From Girardia tigrina (taxonomy: Eukaryota): a stretch of DNA of 64,000 bases. The stretch lies in assembly GCA_001938485.1 (NCBI GenBank), contig MQRK01199219.1, forward strand, positions 4,475 to 68,474, written 5' to 3'. Of the stretch, positions 38,582 through 49,610 are shown piece after piece (the stretch's first letter is position 1; every line of letters begins with the position of its first letter). A program made the position numbers and the translations under genes. The notes beneath the pieces are model-generated. The model did no database searches, had not been told where the DNA came from, and saw only the letters and a list, made by a program, of their open reading frames with translations.

Positions 38582-39035
38582 TGTTAAGAGCATTTAGACA
38601 ATTATTATTAGAACATTTATTAGTATCACATTTAGACTCATCGCATCTCTCGGAAGATCGTTCACAGTTTGACATAATTCTAATGGATTTTATTTCTATC
38701 TTTATAGTAATGATTATTCGAACAATTTTTATAAATCTTTCTAAAATATTTAATATATTTTAATTTTTAAAAATATTTAATTTTTTTCTTATAAGAACTT
38801 TAAATAAAAATATTTTATAAAATTGTAAAATGATTAAGCATGATTTAAATTGTTAAATTCAAAAATTTACACTTATCAGATTATTATCATTTCGTTATTT
38901 TTATTTTAATTATGTCTCAATATTCCATCGCCATAAATACCAAAAATGAACCACCAATTTCCATCTGGGGGGCGGAGAATCACCATTCTAGTTTCAACAT
39001 ATTCAAAACATATTGTATCCCATACAATTTCAAAT
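38582..39035 (-). mobile_element. Solo-LTR-like element, TGTGAGG family, 5' end lost
   Basis: Motif gattctccgccccccagatggaaattgg (38956-38983); 3' end AATAAA...ctcttaaca; closest to the 55483 copy. Confidence 0.7.
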
Positions 39036-39464
39036 GTCCATGTTGAAATTAAAACTTTAATGAAATCAGAGATATAATAGATTTAATTACAAATTGTCAC
39101 CACCAGACGATATAATTTTTCCTAGGTCATCTCGTATTTCTTTTGATTTCACGAGTTAGTTTATAACATGTTTGCTTATATTTAACAAATTATATATACT
39201 GATGATTGAATATGAAAATTCAAAACATGTCCAATAATCAATTTCTTAAAAAAGCTTTATTTAATAATAAGTCACGCACTCCTCTCCGTTTGTGCTCGGA
39301 TCATGTTTATGAATAAACTTATAATTGGTGTAACGCCAATTATGCAAAAGCAAAAGGACATTTCCAGTGCCCATTCAGAGGATGTTACGCGTCCACCGTA
39401 ACCGCCAAAGGTATGTGGACCCTCTAAAGAGCCTTATGCTCAATACCATTGAAAGAGATGGGAG

Positions 39465-39850
39465 GCCCACATTGGAGAGACATCTCATCGTCTCTGCAAA
39501 CGGATCAAAGAGCATAATCGATTGGATTATGGTACCAATCTTGCTGGCGAGATAATTTAAAATGTAAAAATATCGAAGAAAATGATTTTCAAATTCTATG
39601 TAATCGATTTAAAAATTATTGGGAGAGAGTAACGTGTGAGGCCTTATTAATAAGATCCATCAATCCGAAAATTAATATTTAAACTTCAGACTCAACTTCT
39701 CTGTTAAACATTTTCAAATAAAGCATTTATGACATGATTAAATGCATGATCATATAAGCTGCAAAAACTAATGTTAATTTAGTCTGACAACAGCGAGTAA
39801 TCCGCTGAAATTAATAACCATACATTTTAAAAAATGGTGTTCAGTTTTTT
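39465..39850 (+). mobile_element. Penelope-like 3' remnant (GIY-YIG endonuclease plus pLTR with decayed hammerhead)
   Basis: HIGETSHRLCKRIKEH ... IEENDFQILCNRFKNYWERVTCEALLIRSINPKINI*; hammerhead-like CTGACAA...GAAA-ttaa-TA at 39784-39816. Confidence 0.85.
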
Positions 39851-41021
39851 GAACTAAATTATTTTTTAATTAAATAATTATTATTATTTTTAAAAATTAT
39901 TATAAAAAAGGACTTACATTTTCTTATCGAAAAAAAACAAGAAAGAAAAAGAAAGAAATAAAATAGTCATTTTGACAAATTGTCAAACAACACAAGCAAA
40001 CTTCAATTAGAAGAATGTTAAACCAAAAGATTATTGTGACATTTTTGTTTTGTTTTTCAACTGAAAGTACAACAAAATTTTTCAAAACAATTTTGCTTTC
40101 AAAATTGTTTTTCATTTTTTCATTCATTTTCTTTTGTTCTTTTATCATTTCTTTTTCATAATCTTAGCAAAAAGAAGAAAACCTTTTTGAATGTGATTTA
40201 TTAAAAAAAGAATCAAAAGAACTCGTTTCAACAATGTCATTTCGTTGACATTTCTGGCACTTATCAAAGAATAAAATTATTTAAATTTCAATTAAAAATT
40301 TGATAAATAAATTAATTAATCCAAAAAAATTATGACTAAAATTATTCTTAGACTCAGAGTTTTGGATTTCACGTTTCCTTGTGTTGAAAAATATGTATTT
40401 TGTTAATTTTTAATAAATAAAATTTGATATGGAAGTGGCCTTTTAAAACCCGTAGAGCGGAGGTTTTGTCCAAAAGATGTTTCAAAAGATTTCATTCGGA
40501 AAGGTTTAATGTTAAGAAACTTTTCATCGACCTCAATAATGACTTCAACCTTGATCAAGTTTCAAATGAAAGGACCTATTGAAAACATAACGAGATAATT
40601 ATAATAATGAAAAATCCGTGGGTGAAGGTTATTATTTGTGTTATTTTAGACGAAAAAAGGCTCAAATATCACTGGTAAAGATTCTTCGGTGACTGACGAC
40701 CGACCTAAGGCAAGAGTAGCAGTACCAAGAAGGACTTTCGAATGGTATTCGTTATATTGCTGGAGGAATGAATGTTGTGTACAATATTATTATATATTCT
40801 TAATCAATCACATATTTTATTAATTTATGAATTTCTTATTTTTGTATGAAAAAGGTATCAGAAAAATGACTCAATATAATTTAATCAAATATATTTAAAC
40901 ATTTTTATGGCGTAATGGTTATTTTTTTATAGTTTTTGTGAAAAGTAAAAAGAGGTGTTTTAAAATTATCAATTTTTATAATAATAATTAAATTTAGTGA
41001 GCCAATCAAAATTTATTATAG

Positions 41022-41062
41022 AGTTTATTAATTTCGACAGTTTGACCGTCATCCTCAGAACT
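41022..41062 (-). ncRNA. Minimal type-I hammerhead ribozyme
   Basis: agtt-CTGAGGA-t-gacgg[tcaaa]ctgtc-GAAA-ttaa-TA-aact: 5-bp stem II (one G-U), 4-bp helix I, palindromic ATTAAT helix III, AUA triplet; AATAAA downstream. Confidence 0.88.
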
Positions 41063-41434
41063 ATTATTTTGTATTTTATTTTTTTCTTATTTATATTTGT
41101 TTACATACTTTGTAAAACTTATAAAATTTGTATAGAGTACTTTCTCATATTTGATATGTGCCACACTCAAGAAGTAGTGGCGCTATCAAAGAAAACGTAA
41201 CCCGACTTTTCAAATAAAATTTATTTTTCATAAGAAGCAAGTAATTTCGGTATCGATTCTCGGGGAAATCTCCATTTACATAAACAAATATTTCGCAGCC
41301 CGAATAATTGTTCTTAAAGGATTTTTCAAAGCTTTTCTGCGGCTGTTGAGCAAACAAATATGAGACTACATTATTTTAATTTTTTAGTAGTGAAATGTTG
41401 ATCATTGAGAACTGACTTAAAATGGTTAAATATA

Positions 41435-42510
41435 TTAGGGGTACCCAAATGTTATGTCGTTTTTTTGATATATTTTTCTAAATCGTTTAACTGCCGCCTA
41501 CATTATTTTGACTCTACCATTTTTATTTATTAATTTCAGTTAGTGNNNNNNNNNNNNNNNNNNNNNNNNNNNNNNNNNNNNNNNNNNNNNNNNNNNNNNN
41601 NNNNNNNNNNNNNNNNNNNNNNNNNNNNNNNNNNNNNNNNNNNNNNNNNNNNNNNNNNNNNNNNNNNNNNNNNNNNNNNNNNNNNNNNNNNNNNNNNNNN
41701 NNNNNNNNNNNNNNNNNNNNNNNNNNNNNNNNNNNNNNNNNNNNNNNNNNNNNNNNNNNNNNNNNNNNNNNNNNNNNNNNNNNNNNNNNNNNNNNNNNNN
41801 NNNNNNNNNNNNNNNNNNNNNNNNNNNNNNNNNNNNNNNNNNNNNNNNNNNNNNNNNNNNNNNNNNNNNNNNNNNNNNNNNNNNNNNNNNNNNNNNNNNN
41901 NNNNNNNNNNNNNNNNNNNNNNNNNNNNNNNNNNNNNNNNNNNNNNNNNNNNNNNNNNNNNNNNNNNNNNNNNNNNNNNNNNNNNNNNNNNNNNNNNNNN
42001 NNNNNNNNNNNNNNNNNNNNNNNNNNNNNNNNNNNNNNNNNNNNNNNNNNNNNNNNNNNNNNNATTAAACCGCTTGAGAGACGCAATGACTACTAAATGC
42101 CCGGGATTGCTCAACAGAAATCGCGTTATCCTACAGCATGATAACGCTAGACCACATGCTGCAAAGAAAACACAGCAAAATTTGAAAGAATTGGGATGGG
42201 AAGTTCTACCTCATCCGGCATACTCTCCTGACTTGGCCCCTTCGGATTACCATCTCTTTAGATNTTTGCAACATTATCTTCAGGGTAAAAAATTCCTATC
42301 AATGGATGATGTCCAAAATGGACTGGTGAAGTTTTTCGAATCCAAGGACGAATCCTTTTTTTCTAATGGCATAGAAAAACTTATATCACGTTGGGAACAG
42401 GTCATCGATTGCGATGGGGACTATTTTTCTGATTAAATAAATGTTTTATACGGTTTTATTTTTGTTTCTAAAAATCAATAAAAAACGACATAAAATTTGG
42501 GTACCCCTAA
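41435..42510 (+). mobile_element. Mariner (DD34D); 5' part of transposase in a 518-N gap
   Basis: TIR ttaggggtacccaaatgttatgtcgttttt / aaaaacgacataaaatttgggtacccctaa, TA TSD; QHDNARPH ... [16 protein letters not shown] open to the stop at 42436. Confidence 0.95.
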
Positions 42511-43825
42511 TAAAAACATCTTTTTGTGACCATCAAAACTTCCTAAAAAACCATGTATATCATAAAAAAGACTGACATTTAAGTCCATATTTTTCATTTC
42601 ATGAACAGAACACTAATGACGTTTCGATATTGGGCATGTGACGTAGATATTTTTAAAATTCAAAGCTTTGTACAACAAGAAAAATTAATTTATTAAAATG
42701 TATCTAATAAAAGATGCCACTTTATAAATTTGTTGGGGTCATGTAAATATAAACATTTTTTGTGTATTCTGTTATTTAATTTCGTTTTATTATGAAAATA
42801 TTTTTGTGTTATTTTCGTCTTATTATGAAAATATTATGAATTTTATTTTTGATTAATTTGATCAATTATAGCCTTGTTTTTATTCGGTTTGTAAATTTTG
42901 TTGTTTGTGTATTGCCTTAGTTATATTTATTATTTATAATTTTATTTAAAATAAATTTAATTTTTATATATACATTTACTTATTTTATAAATAAAATTAT
43001 GCATCATGCGCCCTTGTTACGCATGATGCGTCTTCATTTTGCGGTGGCCACACGTTTTTTCATTATTTTTTAAGCCACGCACAATTTCGCATTCACTAAG
43101 CTACGCGCATTTCATCTTCGCATTCTTCATTTCATTTAAACAATAGATCGCACGATTCATACGCGAACCACACTCTTTTCTAGAAATATAAAAGGGCAAA
43201 AAAGAAACAACAGTGCGATATTTCTTTATTCTTTACACAGGTAATTATAATCGTTAGCGACATTTTTTTATTCTTTACACAGATCTCGAACCGTCAAGAA
43301 AGTCGATTTTCGGAGCCGATTGATTGTCCTTGGATTCAATTGAGGACTGATTACAGAGCCAATTAATTCACCTTAAATTCAATCCAATTACCGCGAGATT
43401 AGTTTCCAGATCTGACTATTTCATCTTCGAATTTGAGAGATAAAATCCAGTTGTGAATTCGATTCCTGAGCCTCGTCAAGGATTAATAATTTTTGTATCG
43501 GTGAGGCGCTATATTATATTTCTTCTGTAAAATTTCCCTTAAAAAAATCTCATATCTAAAATCAAATAAACTTATAATTGTTAATATAATAAATTAATAA
43601 TTTTTATTTACACGCTTTAAAATCAACTGTGACTGGAGAACGGTGATTCCCAGTTACATAAATATTCACAAGTGATACAGGGATATTATTTTATATTTTC
43701 TTTATAAAAATTGTATTTTGTGTATATTTTTATAAATATTTTAATAAAAATATTGTTGAAAACTTTGTTTTCTTAGTTGAAGTATGATTTTCAGTCTCTT
43801 CTAGGCCGATGAAAGGTAATTTCTT

Positions 43826-44436
43826 GTGGGAAATTCGGCATACGTTGATGTCCCGGCAGCACATACAAGAAACATTTCAGTATTAGCTTCAATAAATAAA
43901 AATAAAATGATTTTCAACAAATTGTGTGCACTTAATGTCGAAAATTTTAAATCTTGTTTGGTAGATTTTAAAATTGCCTGTATGGAAAAGGGAGAAACCA
44001 CGCCGGTATTTATAATGGACAATGCAAGAATACATCATCATTCTGGTCTAAACTCTGTTATAAATGAGTTGGGTCTTTTGATTAAGCATTTACGCCCATA
44101 TTCTCCTTTTCTCAATCCTATCGAGAATTGTTTCGCAAAATGGAAAGGGTCTGTATTAAGGAAATGTGCACGAAAGGAAACAGACCTTATTTTATTGACT
44201 CTGGATTTGATGAAGTTACTTCGAGTGATTGTGATGGATTTTATGGTAAGATGCTTAGGTATGTGATCCGCAGTGATCGAAGGGAAGAAATTTTAGAATA
44301 AAATAGTTGTTTTTCTTTTTTATTAAAATTACTTTAAATTTTCTTTTTATGTAAAACTAAAATTGATTGCAACAATGTGAAAATCGGTTGAAAGAATGTG
44401 AAAATAGATCGAAAAACCCTGTAATTGAAGCCTATA
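43826..44436 (+). mobile_element. Tc1-type (DD34E) transposase 3' fragment and right end
   Basis: RNISVLASI ... FIMDNARIHH ... RPYSPFLNPIE with 34 residues between D and E; subterminal aatgtgaaaat repeats. Right boundary approximate. Confidence 0.85.
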
Positions 44437-44670
44437 AACAATAGTGTAATATTTTCTAGAATACCATGTATACTTTTAATGAAAGTGCATGGAAACTTTT
44501 AAATAACTTTATTAATACGCAATATATAGAAAAACGATTGAAGTAAGTTACATTTATTTTATATTACGAGTATTATTAAATAATTAAAATGTTAATTAAC
44601 ATTAAAAACTTGTTATAAGAGTAATGTTTTTAATATAAAATCTACAGATATCCTGAGGAAAAACCCAATT

Positions 44671-45120
44671 TTATTTGTTCAAAATCGACACAAATTCACT
44701 TTGAACATTTAAGCATGGTTTTAAATGCTTTATTAATAATGCCTCAGTGATTATCCTCTCATGATATGTGTCAAAATTTTTCTTCAAAACTGTAAATTCA
44801 GTTTCATAGTTAACTTTATCTCTATTTCTGCATTTTTTAATGTGATCTAGAATCGAGCTATTCCTACTCAATTGGGTGTGTTCAGCTATTCTAGTGCGGA
44901 GATGACGATTTGTTTCTCCAATGTACAAGGATTCACACTGTAAATTTAAATTGATATACTAGATTAGCTTGGACACCCGATGGAGTTTTTGATTTATTTG
45001 AGAAATATCTCGATAGTTTATTAGTTATAAAGATCACCCGCAAATTAAAACCCGAAAGAACCTTTTTCATTAAGCCTTTCCTGAAATCAGACGCGCCTTC
45101 AGAAAATGGTAATTTTAAAT
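44671..45120 (-). mobile_element. Penelope-like fragment: RT C-terminal linker plus GIY-YIG endonuclease
   Basis: KLPFS ... VIFITNKLSRYFSNKSKTP ... NLVYQF, frameshift, then CESLYIGETNRHLRTRIAEH ... ERIITEALLIKHLKPCLNVQ. Confidence 0.9.
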
Positions 45121-46024
45121 TTATTGATTTTATTACATTACTGCTATCATTATTTATAATGTTTTCATTTTTATTTTATTATTATTATTATCATTTTTAT
45201 TATTTTATATATACATACATATATATAATTAATTGGTATTAACAATACAGTAACGATAATTGAATCCAGAACAAGGATTATGTTTTCTATGATCGATGTT
45301 TGTAGTGACATTAATGTGAAAATTCTGACATTCTAACAAGGCAAATTCCTGTCTTTTTATTATCTTATTTTTTTAATTATTCTAATGAAATTCAGGTTGG
45401 ACTAGCGAAATAAATCAGAATCCAATTTACTTAATTTTGATTTTAAGAACTAATTCAATTGGAATATGATGAAACAATTCTTGTTTATATCTTCAGTATT
45501 TTTGAATTTCATGAAATTTTTATGTGAATAAATTTTTGAAGAAATATTTGTCGTTTTTCTTCACTATTAATTTTTTATCTGTAATGGATTTATCTCCTGA
45601 GTCGAGTGCTTCGCCAAATGATAACCGCTACAATGTTGTTCAAGTTAAATAAAATTTTGACTAAAAATATTTATTTTAGTGTATTTAAGTAACATAATAT
45701 CTCTCCTTTTGACGTCTCCTGTCTTTTTTGACTTCCTATGTGTCCACCCATTGGTAATTAAAAAAATTTAAATTATTAATTTTTAAAAATTTTGTATCTC
45801 GAACATTCTCAAGAGACATACTTATTATTGCTTAATGGTTATTGGTATTAACAATATAGTAACGATAATTGAATCCCGTACAAGGATTATGTTTTTATTA
45901 TTAAAGGATCTTTCCGTGAAACCCGAAAACACCGAAAAATATCCGAAAATTTTAGGTGACCCTAACCGAATTAATGAAAATCCACCCGTTTGAAAACTTT
46001 AACCGAAATTGTCAGTGATAACTA

Positions 46025-47237
46025 CAGGGTGCGGCAGCTATTTGAAAACACGTAATATAGACACCATATCTTTTTGTGTGTTATAATTACATAATTTTAT
46101 TTTTGCTGGTAGACATGGCAGAAGCTACTCTTACGAATGAANNNNNNNNNNNNNNNNNNNNNNNNNNNNNNNNNNNNNNNNNNNNNNNNNNNNNNNNNNN
46201 NNNNNNNNNNNNNNNNNNNNNNNNNNNNNNNNNNNNNNNNNNNNNNNNNNNNNNNNNNNNNNNNNNNNNNNNNNNNNNNNNNNNNNNNNNNNNNNNNNNN
46301 NNNNNNNNNNNNNNNNNNNNNNNNNNNNNNNNNNNNNNNNNNNNNNNNNNNNNNNNNNNNNNNNNNNNNNNNNNNNNNNNNNNNNNNNNNNNNNNNNNNN
46401 NNNNNNNNNNNNNNNNNNNNNNNNNNNNNNNNNNNNNNNNNNNNNNNNNNNNNNNNNNNNNNNNNNNNNNNNNNNNNNNNNNNNNNNNNNNNNNNNNNNN
46501 NNNNNNNNNNNNNNNNNNNNNNNNNNNNNNNNNNNNNNNNNNNNNNNNNNNNNNNNNNNNNNNNNNNNNNNNNNNNNNNNNNNNNNNNNNNNNNNNNNNN
46601 NNNNNNNNNNNNNNNNNNNNNNNNNNNNNNNNNNNNNNNNNNNNNNNNNNNNNNNNNNNNNNNNNNNNNNNNNNNNNNNNNNNNNNNNNNNNNNNNNNNN
46701 NNNNNNNNNNNNNNNNNNNNNNNNNNNNNNNNNNNNNNNNNNNNNNNNNNNNNNNNNNNNNNNNNNNNNNNNNNNNNNNNNNNNNNNNNNNNNNNNNNNN
46801 NNNNNNNNNNNNNNNNNNNNNNNNNNNNNNNNNNNNNNNNNNNNNNNNNNNNNNNNNNNNNNNNNNNNNNNNNNNNNNNNNNNNNNNNNNNNNNNNNNNN
46901 NNNNNNNNNNNNNNNNNNNNNNNNNNNNNNNNNNNNNNNNNNNNNNNNNNNNNNNNNNNNNNNNNNNNNNNNNNNNNNNNNNNNNNNNNNNNNNNNNNNN
47001 NNNNNNNNNNNNNNNNNNNNNNNNNNNNNNNNNNNNNNNNNNNNNNNNNNNNNNNNNNNNNNNNNNNNNNNNNNNNNNNNNNNNNNNNNNNNNNNNNNNN
47101 NNNNNNNNNNNNNNNNNNNNNNNNNNGTACGTGTTAATATATGTAAAATTTTAAATTGTAATAAATGTTATTTTTCTGTTGTATATTCATTTTTTGAACT
47201 TTATGTCATTTTGTTCTCAAATAGCTGCCGCACCCTG
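46025..47237 (+). mobile_element. Tc1/mariner element, probably DD37D/maT-like; interior in a 985-N gap
   Basis: TIR cagggtgcggcagctatttga(a/g)aaca with TA TSD; ORF starts MAEATLTNE; ends nearly identical to the 51571 copy. Confidence 0.85.
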
Positions 47238-48978
47238 TATTAGGATTGTGGGAAGCTCAATTAAATTTAAGAATTTTAAAATTTATCAAAGAATTTTTTT
47301 AAACATTAAAAAGTATTCCGTCAATTAAAATATTGAGAAAGAAATTTTACAGTTTAATAAATTATATCACTGGAAAATTTTAGAGTTAAAAATATTTTAA
47401 ATTAAAGTGTAAAGTAAGAATTTTATTTTTGAATCATCAATATAAAAAATGAAAATTTATTAAGATGATTTTCTAATGTTTTAATCTATATATTAAGTTA
47501 TCATTTGTTTGAAAAAGGTTTTTGGGACGCACTCCTCTGAAGAAGAAGAGTCGGTCACCATTTTCCTTTATTCTGTTATTTTGTCATGAGGAACATCAGA
47601 TTAAAAAACGTAAATCCAATAAATTAAGCATTCTAAAGTACAACACGCGTCCGTATATATTTTATTCATAATCTCGAGACTAAAACTTGCTTATCTATAA
47701 CCGGAGTATTCAAGTAAAAAAATAATTTTTAAAACGTAAATGTTAAATATTCGAAGCTTGTCTAACATTGTAATTGTCGCGTGTTTCTATTTTCTCCATT
47801 CTTCCTTCACGTTCATTCCTATCCAGAAATTCGGTAAGCATCCTTATGAGATCTTCAAGGGGTGCTGTTCAACCATCCATATTATACCTACAATTATCCT
47901 GCAAATCTGTTTACTAGTGAAAACTCTATCTGAATTTACTGTTGCTAAATATCTCAACAGAAATTCGTAGTTTCCTTTTTAATTAGTGAAACAGAAAGTG
48001 GTTTTGCTTTCCCAACAAATGGGCACAAATTGCTGCCATTTACTTTTGTCAATTACTTCTTCAAGGGGTTCATGATTAATTTTCCAGATAATTACTCCAC
48101 AAATAACAATTCAGTGAAACTATTGTCGAAGAGGAAGTGTTAGAGTGAACATTGAGAAGGAATATAACGAGAGTAAAATGGAAACTAATTAAAGTTTATA
48201 ATGGAATAGTATTGTCATTATTCACTCACTCTTAAAAAAGTTTTCTGAACTCCTCAAGTAAGTCTTAAGAAAGACTTAATATTTCAAAAATTACAATTGA
48301 AATTTTTAATTTAAATGAAACAAAATTATATCAAATAAATAACCATATTCCATTTAATAATATTAAATATCTTCAATATTTAACCTAAAGTAATCCAAAT
48401 ATATATACAAAACCAAATCTAGCTAGTCCTTTTCGAACCTCGAGTGTTGCTGAAGAACCCTTTCATGATTGTAAAAGAGGATCCAAAAGAAACGGCGTCT
48501 TTTCTTATATATTAAATTTTTTCACATGTTTGAGAAAGATCCAAAACGTCCACGTAAGAATTAAAACTTTAATGAAATCAAAGATATAATTGATGTAATT
48601 ACAAATAAATTTGCGATCTCACCAGTTCGCATATAATGGATTTGCTTACTCAAGAACTCTGTCAAAAATGTTTCACTTCCTCAGTCATGTTGAAGGTTTG
48701 CTGTCTTTATGTTTTCCGTGGTAGGTTTCATATTTACAATCAGTATAGAAACTAAAAAAATACTATTACAATAACATCAATTTAAAAAAATAAATTATAA
48801 AATCAATAAATCAAATATCTAATCAAATTCAATGTTTATAGCACAAATCAAACACGAAAATTAATACATTAACTATCACATAAATATTAAATATTTCAAT
48901 GTTTTAAAAACGCCATTTTCTGAGTCCCTACATAATTTGTAATTGAAACAAGTTAATAAAAAGTCTAGTGACAATTTA

Positions 48979-49610
48979 AGCGCAATTTCCTTATGTTATT
49001 CGGTGCCCAAATATTAAAACGTTTATATCAGTATTTGACTATGATTAATTTTTTGTGACCGAACGAAANNNNNNNNNNNNNNNNNNNNNNNNNNNNNNNN
49101 NNNNNNNNNNNNNNNNNNNNNNNNNNNNNNNNNNNNNNNNNNNNNNNATATAAAATTAATTAAAATTAATTAATTAATCCATATGAAATTAATAATTGTC
49201 TATTAATTATTAAAACGTTTATATCAGTATTTGACTATGATTAATTTTTTGTGACCGAACGAAAGGATATTTTGAAAACTTTCTTCGGCAATATTGTTCT
49301 AAATTATTGCATGAATCGATTAGTAAATGTTTCAAGTCGCTAAATGGTATGGTTGCCGAGATATAGGCCAAAAACTGCATTTTTTCGAGGTTTTTTGGCT
49401 TTTCCGGGAAATCCAGGAAGGAATTCCGGGAATTTTTTTGGCCCACAATCATCCTCCGAACTTGCTTAACATATTTGCTTTTGGAACTAGCCCTCGATAT
49501 TGCTTCATTGAGGAGGAGATACGACTTAAAGCTGCGGACACACATCCATCCATCCATCCACACAGAAATAACCAATTTATAATCGCAATTGTCAGTATGG
49601 AAATTGCGCT
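48979..49610 (+). mobile_element. Helentron-associated (HINE/DINE-1-like) non-autonomous element
   Basis: 12-bp IR agcgcaatttcc / ggaaattgcgct; 3' hairpin cgcaatt...aattgcg (49584-49609); (CATC)n just upstream; ends in an A-run. Confidence 0.6.

Noticed and set aside
49014-49264. 55-bp exact duplication on both sides of the 79-N gap
   Set aside because: Most simply an unmerged contig overlap or collapsed tandem repeat at a gap.
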